This document shows, piece after piece, positions 1 through 11,700 of a DNA stretch of 50,148 nt (position 1 is its first letter; every line of letters begins with the position of its first letter). This stretch comes from Basidiobolus meristosporus CBS 931.73 (Eukaryota; Fungi; Basidiobolomycota). The notes under the pieces were generated by a model that ran no database searches, was not told where the DNA came from, and saw only the letters and a list, made by a program, of their open reading frames with translations. The stretch spans positions 1 to 50,148 of the forward strand of contig MCFE01000644.1 in the NCBI GenBank assembly GCA_002104905.1. The letters run 5' to 3'. The translations under genes and the position numbers were made by a program.

Positions 1-480
1 CCTGAATGTCCCTACAGACATGCTATTCTTGGTGCTTTTGGGTTTATGCCCTATAAGATCAGACTTCTCTACCTTGGAACCAGATTATATCTCAGACTTC
101 ACCACTGCAACAACCCACTGATTAAGACCTGGAAGAGAGCACACCACACTACACCTGGCTCCTGCTGGAGAACTATACCTTGAGATCCTGAAGTCCAGAA
201 GTTTGTTCATTATATTCTGCAGTCAGAAAAACCAAAGCTGGCCTACCTGAAGTACTTGACAGACCTTTGGCAGCAATATCTGCAGCAGCACACTCCCTTT
301 ATGATGAATATCAACCCTTATCACATTCCCCTTATTAATGTTGCTCACAAGTCATTCTTACCTCTCTTGCTACTCCCCTTCCCACTGAACAGTGTCTTGA
401 GCACTGAAGAACTGTCATTGCTTCTTATTAACTTACCTACAAATTCCCCTCAGCTACACACTCTTGTATCAAAGCTATAA
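1..480 (+). mobile_element. Decayed non-LTR (LINE-like) retrotransposon remnant, post-RT region
   Basis: Frame 2 reads AILGAFGFMPYKIRLLYLGTRLYLRLHHCNNPLIKT, resembling the post-RT segment of LINE ORF2. It has stops and is CpG-free. Confidence 0.3.
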
Positions 481-529
481 TAGTAGTGCTGGCTTCTTTA
501 TTTCAACTGAAATACAGATTTCACCTGTT

Positions 530-740
530 GGTGAATGTCTCCCCCCTAACCTCTCCCATGTTTTTAGGAGGGCATTCCTCTCCCATGACAATATCCCACA
601 GGCCTCTTTCCTGTAGCAGCATCTTCATCTTCACCTTCCACACTCTGCAGTTAGATCCATCCAACTTTTCAGCAGAGGGAAAAATTCTATTAATAGCAGT
701 TGTAGACAGTGCAGAGAGTGACAGCTTGGGGCTCATAACC
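530..740 (-). mobile_element. Ty1/copia gag 5' fragment plus PBS
   Basis: The minus strand encodes MSTTAINRIFPSAEKLDGSNCRVWKVKMKMLLQERGLWDIV (copia gag N-terminus). PBS GGTTATGAGCCCC directly follows the LTR end at 741. Confidence 0.85.
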
Positions 741-1089
741 TGTTGTAAGAGTCTTAGAGATATTGGAAGTGATTGGGAGCACATGTAGATTATGTGGTTC
801 TCACTTAATGATTTATTGAATGTAAAAGTAGTATTTAAACCTTTACATGGCCTTGACATTACAAACATGTAGAATAGGTTAAGGAAGATCTCAAGAGCAT
901 GTGTGCAAAGTTTGGGGCTGTTTGGACAACCTTACAAATTTTCATGTTTTGTGTACCTGGCATTTTGGTGGAAATATTCTAAGTAAATTCCAACAAGGAA
1001 TTTGGTCAGTATTCTCTAGGATCTGAAGGTAGTGATCTAAGTGACTAAGTTAGGTGAATATTTAGGTGGAATTACAAACTTTTACAACA
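741..1089 (-). repeat. Copia LTR (349 bp)
   Basis: TGTTG...CAACA termini; near-identical to the LTR at 27817-28164 in reverse complement. Confidence 0.9.
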
Positions 1090-1324
1090 AATGCAGGTCA
1101 AGGCACTTTGTTCTTTCTTCTGGTATTTCAAGGCTTCCCTCCCATGTTTTAGGAGGGCATTCTTCTCCCATGACAATATCCCACAGGCCTCTTTCTTGTA
1201 CCAGCATCTTCATCTTCACATTCCACACTTTGTAGTTGATCCATCAGACTTTTCAGCAGAGGGGAAAATTCCAGTAATAGCAGTAGTAGACATAGCAGGG
1301 AGTGACAGCTTGGGGCTCATAACC
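1090..1324 (-). mobile_element. Copia gag 5' fragment plus PBS, interrupted by the LTR at 741-1089
   Basis: Second copy of the MSTTAITGIFPSAEK...ERGLWDIV gag start; PBS at 1312-1324. Confidence 0.85.
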
Positions 1325-1672
1325 TGTTGTAAGAGTCTAAGAGATAATGGAAGTGATTGGGCAAACAAGTAGATTATGTGATTTTCACTTAATGATTTAC
1401 TGAATATAAATGTAGTACTTATACATTTACATGATCTTGGCATTACAAACACATAGAGCTGGCTAAGGAAGGTCTCAACAACATGTGTGCAAGTTTGGGG
1501 CTGTTTGGACAACTTTGAGAACTTTCATGTTATGGGTACCTGGTATTTTGGTGAAAATATTCTAAGTAAATTCCAACAAGGAATTTGATCAGTATTCCCT
1601 AGGATTTGAAGGTAATGATTCAAGTGGCTAAGTAAGGTGGATATGTGGGTGGAATCACAAATTTTTACAACA
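1325..1672 (-). repeat. Copia LTR (348 bp)
   Basis: TGTTG...CAACA termini; same family as the other LTRs. Confidence 0.9.
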
Positions 1673-2007
1673 GTTAAAACACACTATGAGTGATCAACAT
1701 GACTAAAATAAGACTTGAGTGGTTGTCAACCTTTATATTTAAGGATTTGTCTAGCAGATATACCATTATATCAAAAAGTTGAAATCTAATCTTTAGTGTC
1801 AATGCTTCTGAAGTCTCTTTGTTATTTAATTGCCAAATAATGGATACACTATATGTGTAACTTTGTCTAAATATTAGTGTTGAATGAAATATGCTGACTA
1901 GTTTATTACTCTTGAGATTCTGCGTCTTATACTAGATGCATTGAGTTGTGCATTGGTGGTGAAAGTTAACTGTGCTATGGTACTGACTACATAGCTCAAT
2001 ACATATA

Positions 2008-2839
2008 CTAATAGTCCAGGATAACAGCATTCTTTGAATTATCATCCCCAGTCACACGATTCCACCACTCTGGCTTGCGGACATTTGAGTCATGTATATG
2101 GACAGTTCTAACTCTATGTACTGGGTTCTCTTGCTTGAGCTCTGGATAAAGGCGCTTGAGCTCATACAGCAGTCTGTTCTCTGCACCAAGGACACCTAAT
2201 GTGTAATTAAGATTAGAAAGTAGGTCTTGCAGCTTTGCCTTGTTAGAGCAAATTGTCTGCGGCTTGAATACAAATGTGTCATAGCTGCCTAAGCCTGGAT
2301 ATGGCTGGGTGATCATGCCCTCCTCCTTTTTGTAATGCCACCGGGAGATAGCATAGAAGGTTGAGTCAAATATAGTGTCAGATATCATAGTAAAGTACTC
2401 TATTGAAGTGTCAAAAAAGATGTCGGAATTGGCAAACACCACACTGGTAATCTTGCAGATTGTTGCAGGCATACTCAAAGTAATCGGCCATCATGGGGCG
2501 CTTTGTAACAACAGCCTCTCTGGTCTTTGGTGTGTGGATAGCAAAGGAAGGGAGAGGCAAGTCCTTGGACTCTACAAGTACATGAACCTTGTCCAGTAGT
2601 GGATTGGCCATCAAACTGGCAAGGCAGATATCAATTTCAGCACCGCGAAGATTATGCGCAGGTTTATAATAAGAGGTGACAAAAGCAAGCCTGGCTGAAG
2701 GACGGTATTGGAGGCATTTATCACTGTTAGTATTGCAGCCCTTATTATAATTTACTAGCACATGGTGGTATAAGAATATAGATATAATGGAAAACACAAA
2801 GAGAATAGCTAGGAAGATGAGGCGCCGGTTGAGCAACAT
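2008..2839 (-). CDS. Type II membrane, glycosyltransferase-like protein (GT-A-like DxD motif), with one frameshift near 2440
   Basis: The two track ORFs (2411-2839 and 2008-2478) join by a 1-nt shift at GAT TAC CAG T GTG GTG TTT. N-terminal TM anchor; motifs ANSDIFFD, AISRW, GSYDTFVF, LGVLGAENRL, NP..RVRTVHIHDS. Confidence 0.6.
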
Positions 2840-3473
2840 GTCAGGTGCAAGTAGGATATCCCTTCAACTACAAGACTTTTAATAATCAAATTTTCAAAGG
2901 ACCCAGGTTTAGCACCACCCCATGTAGAACAATACAATAGAATAAATTCCCAGTTGGTTCAGCCGGTGCAAGCTAGATTTGATCTTATATGGTAGCATCT
3001 GGACTTCTGAATATCAAATATTGTCACTGGAGCACCATCATTAGCGCCCAAAATTTCCAGTGAATTCTGCTTGCCTTAAACTGTAAAGTAACCATATGTA
3101 ATTGATTACTCCCAAATTGGGCAATACAGTTACGCAGCACTAAGGTGGCCTTTATTTGGTTATGGATCAATAGTATTATACAGCTAGATGCAAACTATTC
3201 CAAATATCTTTGTGTAGGGCATAAATAAACGCTAGCAGGACTGTGTTAGTCCACACAAGTTTACTTGATATGAATACTAGCTACTGACCAATTAGGGATT
3301 AAAATCTTACCAAAGCCTAGTTCCAAGTGCTTACAAAATGAATCAAGCTTGCAAAGCAGATTAACTTGAGCTCTGACATATGGAATCTACATGGGGGCTC
3401 TTCCTTTCTTTATTTTGTAATACTGACAGTCAAGCATGGGCAGGTTAACAGACAACTATGGCAAAGCAACTTA

Positions 3474-5181
3474 TCAGTGCTGGTACCAATTCTTGCCTAG
3501 TCCAGCACCAATGCCCCAGGCTGAGTTGCCGGTGGAGAAAACTGTTGCATTCATGACCTTGGTACATTCTACACCGCAGCATTTTCCTTGCTTACAAAGG
3601 GAAGGGTAATCAAGGTGATCGGTGTAGTTGCTCCAGTGCTCACCAGTGGATACCATGTCCTCTAGAATGTCATGCACTAAAGGGAGTAGAAGCTCAATGT
3701 CAGCTTTGCGCTGAACTTGTTTAGAATAATGACCATATGGGGCCCAAGGATTCTCAGGGAACAGACGATGAACCAGATCAGTTGGATAATGATCTGTGTT
3801 TACAAACTCCTCTATGTCTGCTTGTATAAGGGGCGCACCATACTCTTGAAAAATGAACCTGGCTAGCTCATAGTCCTTGACCTGGCAATCAGCACGGTTA
3901 CATGGGAAATTGTAGATGCGCCGTCCCATGCCAGTACTTGGCCATTGAAACCAGTCTTCATCATACCAGCGTGAAGAAAGGCTGATTGTGACACGATTAG
4001 AGCGTTGAAAGATGTTATCTCCAATAGCATTTCCAAATGGAGATATGAACAGATCTATGTCTTGCATTAAATATGCAGTTGCAGGTAATGAGCACCTATC
4101 CGCAAAAGCAATGTTAGTGTTTGTTCAATCATTGTAAACTGGTGCTAGCATACCCAGAATCAAAATCCATCATTTTAATGCGTGCATAAGGTACTTCTTT
4201 TCTCAATGACTGCAGAAGCTCTGGCATGTTGTTCACATGTCTTGAATACTTTCGGTTTAATAAACCAATAGTAGGCACAGTTCCGGGTATCTTCTTTGTA
4301 GGCGGATAAATGCTAACATTCTTTGTGCAGTGTAAATCCTTCTCTGTACTTTTGGCAACTGTATTGTTCCAGGCACCATTGTTGATGTAGTAGTTCTGAA
4401 CATCATTACGGAACTCATTGTAGTGTTCATGAGGTATGTACTTCTTGCAGTAGTCATGTGAGCACCGTGTACCACTACCAGTAACAGCACGGGCAAAGCA
4501 AATTGGCCGGCTATTTGGTGGGAGCATCTGCTTTGGTGAAGAAAGCTCGTCTTCATTCAAAACTATATCTTTACCAGAGGTGATAAAATCCAAGTCAATA
4601 GTATGCGGCTCAAACCAATATGTTACTGGTCGGAAAGTCCAGGAAGTAGGTGTAGCATTGTATTCTTTCATCACACTATATAGTGGCAAGACACCATTAT
4701 ATAGCTGGTGTGAAAAATGGAAAGGCGAGTATAATCCATACACAAAGAGTGTTTCATTCATGAAGTCCACATGGACTCCTTCAGTGGGCTTCCAAAATGA
4801 CATGATAGGGCGGACTTTAGGAGCCCAAGTAATACGTTCCCCATCTCCAGAAGAAATTAAATTTACCTCTGGTGGCAACTCCTTCAACAGGGTTGGGTCT
4901 CTGACTCTAACATAAGCTCCATGTTGACGATCAATACATAAGTTCTTATAGACACATATGCGGGAGGCAGCATCAGTCCCTGTGCATTCCCAAGTGGAAT
5001 CCTCAGTCAAGGGACCAACTGTTACATGGTCAGAATGGTCCTCTATCCAAGCCTGGTACCGCTTGTCATGTTGATCAAGGGTAAGTGACCATTGAGTAAA
5101 TATTATAATGGCAAAAATGGCAGTACCTAGCAAGATGCGGCCTTTATGCAAGCAACAATGAAGTAAGGCCTTACGGAGCAT
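3474..5181 (-). CDS. Glycosyltransferase family 61 (DUF563)-like protein, 2 exons, ~549 aa
   Basis: Signal anchor; motifs CVYKNLCID, FHFSHQLYNGVLP, ICFARAVTG, LLNRKYSRHVNNMPEL, ISPFGNAIGDNIF. A 58-nt intron at 4096-4153 (GTATGC...CTAAC...TAG) joins the two ORFs in frame. Confidence 0.75.
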
Positions 5182-6008
5182 TGGTATGAGTTGGTGACCA
5201 AGTGCTTTGTAGGAAGGAATTTTTTAACCAAGGTCCCTGTCACTTTTTACCATTGAGTTAGACCAATCTATTGATATCGGAATATTTCATTGTAACCATT
5301 GATGGTTTTTTACAGTAATATATGTGTATACATAATATATACTCATGCGGCCCAGCCATTGCTGATATCATGATAGTATGAAACACCAGATTTCCATTCA
5401 GAAAACTTGGTTGCAACGGATTAGCTCATACTCATGTCAAGTAGTTTGAATCAAGCTTTCTTATAAGAACGCTTTTCTCTACACCATATTGGCAGTTTCC
5501 AGGATAGGTAGACTTTGGATGAAATCAACCATTTGGTAGTTATGGGCCAGAGTTTATGGAAACATTGAAGTGCAATCGAGTTTGATTAACGGTAAGGGAT
5601 TCTGCCCAATTCGGAGTACTCTATTCAAGTATATCTACAAGATTTCAGAGATGGGGCTTAATTAGGCTTAATGGTCATGGCAGCGACAGTTTCTGAAAAG
5701 TCGTTGCTTAGTTCGTTGACAATGCGTTAACAGTTGGAAATAACACCGATCACCGATACCACCACATAAGCTACCCTGACCACAGACGTCCATGCTGGCA
5801 AAAACAAGGACAAGTAGCACTATGAACACTATGCAGGTATTTTCGAAGCTTTATGAAGGCAGAACGAAGGATAGCTGTATGGAACGGGCATGAATTAATA
5901 CTTATTTGGCCGAACCATTTTGGTGCAGGAAATACATTTAACAAATGTCTTGCTTGTATCCTGCTATATTTGAGCCGCATGTGGGCAGAGTCTTGAGACT
6001 TTTTCGAA

Positions 6009-6737
6009 ATGCCCTTTGACCCTAAATCCCCAAGTCCAGTGTCGCACAACCCCACTGCCCCGCCGTCGTACCAAGCGACGTTGGAATCCAGCACTAATGT
6101 ATGTGGTATCGCATTAAACCAGCAAGATTTGATTCGACTCATTGAGACTCCACCGGCTTTGGATGATTCCTTCCGTGAATTACTGCAACAATGCTGGCCT
6201 GTAGGTATCCAGCTTGAACGCAGCTATTGCGGACGCCCCGAGTTCAAGTTGTTTGGCAAACCTTGGTTAGGTCAGGTGCAAAGCCATGTCTTGCTGATAG
6301 AGATATTGAGCTTCATGGAGCAGAAAGGCTGGAGATATTTGACAGCGGCGGATGTAAGCAAGAAGCACGACAGCAAAGACCTGCTGTTTTTTGAGTTTAC
6401 TGGGATCAAGTACCATCCGACCATCTTCGCCATTACCTTCAGTCACGCCGACTGCTTGAGAGTGATCAGCGCGAGCTCTGAGGTTCTAGACGTTGTCAGG
6501 AACGTCCTCCAGGTTGGAGGGAAGTTGCTGCAAGAATACCGCCACCATTCATCACGGGAGTTCAAGCTTCTGGGTTATCCTTGGGACACAAGCGGCTTTG
6601 TGGCCGCCAAAGTACACGTTTTGCTGGTGAATCTCGTCAGTGCCCTTCGAGTGGTCGGCTATCGGCTCCACGCTACTGTAGATATGAGCGAAAAAGGCGG
6701 ATTAGATAGTTGGTTTTTCCGAAAGGTCGAGCATTGA
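6009..6737 (+). CDS. Hypothetical protein with two tandem copies of a ~105-aa domain
   Basis: 242-aa ORF with an internal repeat: IALNQQDLIRLI/ITFSHADCLRVI, EFKLFGKPW/EFKLLGYPW, DVSKK..KDLLFF/DMSEK..LDSWFF. Confidence 0.75.
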   Translation: MPFDPKSPSPVSHNPTAPPSYQATLESSTNVCGIALNQQDLIRLIETPPALDDSFRELLQQCWPVGIQLERSYCGRPEFKLFGKPWLGQVQSHVLLIEILSFMEQKGWRYLTAADVSKKHDSKDLLFFEFTGIKYHPTIFAITFSHADCLRVISASSEVLDVVRNVLQVGGKLLQEYRHHSSREFKLLGYPWDTSGFVAAKVHVLLVNLVSALRVVGYRLHATVDMSEKGGLDSWFFRKVEH

Positions 6738-6960
6738 CCAGTGGACATGCAAATTAATAAATGCCATTGGATGCAGCATAAATCAGATCGCGGTTTGTGC
6801 TTGAATAGCTGTGGGTTGGTTAGAGGATTCAATGGTTGGTTCAATGGCTGGTTAGAGGGTTCAATGTCTAATGAACAATGAGGGTTTATTTTATGAAATG
6901 AGAGGGAGTGTAGATCACTGATGTTGATGTATATGTGTGTGAGATTACGTGTGGAGGTGT

Positions 6961-7884
6961 CTAGAAATGCTTGTCAATACCGGCGCTCACCACGTTCTCG
7001 GTCTTCTTCCACTGTTGGATCTTCTCAACCCCGAGCTTGCCCTTCATGGTTGTTCCGTCCAACACTTCTTGAAGCTCCTCGAGGCGTGCCTCGGCTCTAC
7101 GTTGGTCGACCACTCCTCCCATCTCGCGGAGGTCGGCCAACATATCAGAGATGGTACGGATGTATTTCTTGGGTGGGGATAGCATGAATACCTTGATCTT
7201 GTCCTCCAAGTTGGAGGGGGTCACAAAATCCGCGGTGTGGTAGTAAAGTTTAAGTGCTTGCTTCAAACGTTCCTCCGAGAGCTTCTCCTCACGTGCACGG
7301 TAGTGCTTCAAACGCACCTCTCTCTTGGCGAGTTTCTTGGCATCGACTGCTGGGTCAGAAGGCTTGATCTCCCCCAGAAGGGCCTCGGGGGCCAGGTCAT
7401 CCCCGGGCTGGGTTCTACGTGCCTCCTCGTATTCCTTTCTCTTGAGCTCGCGCTCCTCACGTTTCTGCAGGAGGATTTGGTGTTGTCTCTCTTTCTTGGC
7501 CCGGCTGGCGATAAGACGCTCCTCCTGAAGGGTGAGGAGCTCCTTTTTGAATTGCCATCTGAGCTGAGACAACTGTTGCTTGTATCTCTTCTTAGGATCG
7601 GAAGGGTGAAGTGCTTCCAAGGGTTGTTTGGGCAAATCCTTAATTGTGAGCGAATCTTTCTTGGGAGGTGGAGTCAAATGACTACCAGGAGGTGGACGGA
7701 AACCGGGAGCGTATCCAGACTTTCCGGGGCGGTAGGTGGGATCGACGTATACTTTTTTCGACGAAAGGTTTGACTCGTTGAGGCAGGGCGCGACGGAGCT
7801 GAAGCTACGCAAGGCGGTGACACCGCCACGCACTTGCATACCTTTCTTTGAAAGTTGGGAAATCAAAGACATGTTCGACCACAC
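6961..7884 (-). CDS. Mitochondrial-targeted coiled-coil protein, possibly mitoribosomal mS26 (Pet12-like)
   Basis: 307-aa ORF with an N-terminal presequence-like segment (LRSFSSVAPCL) and a long K/R/E helix followed by LKLYYHTADFVTPSNL. The family assignment is from memory only. Confidence 0.5.
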   Translation of the reverse strand: MWSNMSLISQLSKKGMQVRGGVTALRSFSSVAPCLNESNLSSKKVYVDPTYRPGKSGYAPGFRPPPGSHLTPPPKKDSLTIKDLPKQPLEALHPSDPKKRYKQQLSQLRWQFKKELLTLQEERLIASRAKKERQHQILLQKREERELKRKEYEEARRTQPGDDLAPEALLGEIKPSDPAVDAKKLAKREVRLKHYRAREEKLSEERLKQALKLYYHTADFVTPSNLEDKIKVFMLSPPKKYIRTISDMLADLREMGGVVDQRRAEARLEELQEVLDGTTMKGKLGVEKIQQWKKTENVVSAGIDKHF

Positions 7885-8737
7885 GAGAGTAAAAGGAGTA
7901 CCAAGGGAGTGATTCTATCTGAGGCAACCCGTCCTTAGAAAAGTAGAACTTTTTCTGGAATCGAAAAATCCGCCGGTGTCGATGTCGAATTTCCCTGATC
8001 AGTAGAATTTGTTTTTTCAAGCTGCGAGGGACGGCTCCACGATGCGATGGGGGGCTGAAATTATCTGCATTCATGAGAATTCCCGTGGATTATTGGGTGG
8101 TGAGGGCGAATTTCCCATAGTATTGGCAGGAGCCCGGGATCGAGGTTAAAAGTTCGTTTGTTTGCCTGTTTAAGTGATTGTTGAAATTTGCTTTATGCAC
8201 ATTCGCCGATGGTGCATAATATTTTGATTAAATCAGTAAGCCGAAGATGGATCCAGGGGGCCGAACTGGGTATTCAATCTACCGCTCATATGACGTACCT
8301 CCCAGGGTAACCTGTCATCGGAACGGACACTGCTGACCGTGCTGAAAAGGAATTACTAGGAATGTCCCGTGATAAGATAAGATGGCACTTTAAGTTTATC
8401 GTTGATAACAACCTTGATTTATTTGGGGAATATTTTCTGGCTTGTAATTGGTCACAAACCCACGCTGGAAAGTACACTTTTGTTCCACCAAATTCCGTGA
8501 CTCTCCAGGCGGTTGGACAGGAAGGGGTTTCGTTGGACATTTCACCCAAATGGAATCAGTTGATCGTGAGGGGAGGGGATGAGTGAATGTAAATTACATC
8601 TAGGTAGAAATATTAATTGTGTTTGCTATGCTTCAATGAATTGGGTGTATGTTTTTGGTTTCTCTAGGGAATTTCGAATATGTATATGAGGGGTAGAGAT
8701 TGCATATGGCATTGGGTTGTTGCGGGCTGCAAGGTGT

Positions 8738-11700
8738 TTAGAAGGACTTGCCAAGGACGGCAGCCAACAGGGCCATGCGCACATAGAGACCGTATCTCAT
8801 TTGGCGGAAGTAGGCGGCACGTTGATCGAAGTCGACCTCGGGGTCGATTTCGTTGACACGAGGCAGAGGATGCATGACAATCATGTTTTCCTTGGCCTTG
8901 TTCATGACGTTGTTGTTGATGATGTAGGCATCCTTGAGACGCTCGTACTCCTCCAGGTTGTCGAAGCGCTCCTTCTGCACTCTGGTGACGTACAACACAT
9001 CGGTGTTGCCAATCACCTCGTTCAGGTCTTCGTACTCGCGCTGGACGATGCCCATCTTGCTGACCTCCTTCTTAACATCCTCGGGCATCTTGAGAGAGGC
9101 AGGGCTGACGTAGTTCAAGTGAACATGGTAGTTGCAAGAACACGGACCAACGAGTGAACCGTGCGTCCATTCTTGAGATCACCAATCAAGGTGATGGTCA
9201 ATCCATTGACGGTACCCAACTCTTCACGGATGGTGTAGATGTCAAGGTAGGCTTGGGAAGGATGCTCACCAACACCGTCACCAGCATTGATCACTGGGAT
9301 GTTGGAGTACTTGGCAGCCAATTGGGCGGCTCCAGCCTCAGGGTGTCTCAACACAATCACGTCGGAGTAGGATTGCAGGGTGCGGATGGTATCGGGCAGG
9401 GTCTCTCCCTTGACAACCGATGACCCTTCAGCGGAGATGGGGACGACAGTACCTCCAAGGCGGAGCATGGCAGCTTGGAAGGAGGTGCTGGTGCGGGTAG
9501 AGGGCTCATAGAACATGGCGGTTAGGACACGGCCCTTGAGAAGGTCAAGGGATCCATGCTTCTCTACTTGGGTACCGATCTCCTGGGCCAAGCCGAACAA
9601 GTAATGGAGCTCGTCACGGGTGACTTGCTTCACAGAGACAATGTGCTTGCGATGGAAGGGTGATCTGGCAAGAATGGTAGAGATGGCGCTGGGAAGCTTG
9701 GACAGCAATTGCTTGCTAGGCTCCAACTTCTCCCCAAGGCTGAGTGGCTCCTCCTTCTCGATCTGCTCCAAGGGCTGGAGGCGTGGAGAGGTGATGGAGG
9801 TGATGATGGGGGAAGGAAGGACCTTATCCTGGGGAGCGGCGGTTCTGTGGATAAGCTTACCCTCGGATCCGTCGGAAAGCACTCCACCGTCCAAATAGAC
9901 GGTCTTGCCGCGCAAGACGACGCGGTGAACAGTTGCCGGTGACCAATTTACCAGCAAATGGCGAGTCGTCTTGGGCAAATGTCGATTTGCGCTCAATGTC
10001 AACCTCGATGTAGGTCTCGGGTTGCTCGGGCAAGTTGAAGATGCGGCGAGGGTTCTCGGAGAACTTGGCGCTGATATCATCCAAGGTAAGGCGGCCTTGG
10101 ACGACTGCGGTCAAGAGAAGGGGAAGGGCTTCCTTGATACCGTAGCCAACAGGGGCTTCCTTGCCGGAAAGGGCATAGGTGGTGGCAGGAACGTTACCAA
10201 CAGAGAAGCAGTCGATGACATCCAAGTTCTCCCAAAGAGCCTTGACATCCTTCTCGGGTAATCCGCCCTTCTCCTCGGTCAGGAACAAGTTGAATACAGC
10301 GATGTCACAGGTGACCTTAAGACCACGCTCCTTACTCAAAGAGATAAGAATGATGTCTTGCTTGGTCGAGACATTGGTGACGTGGACAGGGCGGCCTTGC
10401 AAACTAGCCAACAACAAGATGGAGGCAAGAGCAGTGTCCTTGGCATCGGTAACAAGGACAACATCCCTTGGGCAGCTTTCGAAGTAGCTGGCAACGTTGG
10501 CAAGCTTCTCGGTGTACCCGTCGTAACGCTTGTCGAAGGACACAAAGAGGGTGTTGGCATCGGCAAACACTTGGGAAAGCTTACCAGCATTCTCGGCAGT
10601 GGCAGCGACCGAGATCGAGTAATCGCAGTGTGCCTTGAGGTGGGCATTATCCTTGGCAGCAACAAGGGATTGGATGTCCTTGAGGGCGGATTTGGCTCCC
10701 ATAGGCATCACGCTGACAGCGGTGAAACCACCAGCAACGGCATTCTTGGTGACGGTATCGAAGTCGGTGCTCTTGTCGTCGACGAGTCCGGGGACCAGGG
10801 TCTGGATGTTGACCAGGCCAGGGAGGGTGATGGAGCGATGGCTGGTCTTGTAATCAACCTTGGAGACCTCGAGGTTGTGCTTGTGAGCCAGAGCATCAAC
10901 GAAGAGCTTGGCGCACTTGATGTTGGTGATCAATGGGATAGCGAAGTCCACAGCCATACGACGTGTGCGGTAACCACGACTCACGTAGCTGGCAGGGCGG
11001 CGGTATCTGTTCTTCGATGGCAAGTTGACATAGAGATCGATCAAGTTGTGGGAAAGATGCTGGTTAAGAGAGTACTCTCCCTTCTGCTCTTCCTCGTCCT
11101 CGCCCAAGACCTCCAAGTACTTGACTGGGATGCCGTGCTCCTGCATAAAGTCGGCAGTACCGGCGGTAGCGAAGAGGTTGTAGCCCATGGCGTGAAGCTT
11201 TTGGGCAGAGGGTAGGAACTCCTGCTTCTCCTTGAAGGAGCCGATGGAGAGCAAGATGTTCTTCTCTGGCAATTGGAATCCGGTGGCGAGCAAGGCCTTG
11301 AGGTAAGCCTCGGTCTTGTCCTTACCGAAACAGGCCACCTCACCAGTAGATGCCATCTCTACACCAAGGATAGGATCGGCACCGCTGAGACGACTGAAGG
11401 AGAACTGCGGGACCTTGACGGCAACATAGTTCTCCTTGATGTCCACGGGTGGGTAGGCTTGCACTGGAACGCCGAGCATGGCTTTGGTGGCCATTTCGAT
11501 CATATCAACACCAGTGACCTTGGAGACGAATGGATAGGATCTGGCGGCGCGAAGGTTGCATTCGATCACCTTGATCTCGTTGTTTTTGGCGATGAACTGG
11601 ATGTTGTAGGGACCGGTCACGTTGAGGGCATTGCCAATCTTCTCGGTGGCGATGACGATCTTGCGAACGGTCTCGGGATCCAGGTCCTGAGGAGGAAGGA

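Noticed and set aside
7237-7773. 178-aa plus ORF overlapping the mitoribosomal-like gene
   Set aside because: Leu-rich antisense shadow of a Lys/Glu/Arg-rich coding sequence.
8330-8586. Small plus-strand ORF (MSRDKIRW...) between the mitoribosomal-like gene and URA2
   Set aside because: 74 aa, no recognisable motif and no convincing splice structure; cannot be supported.
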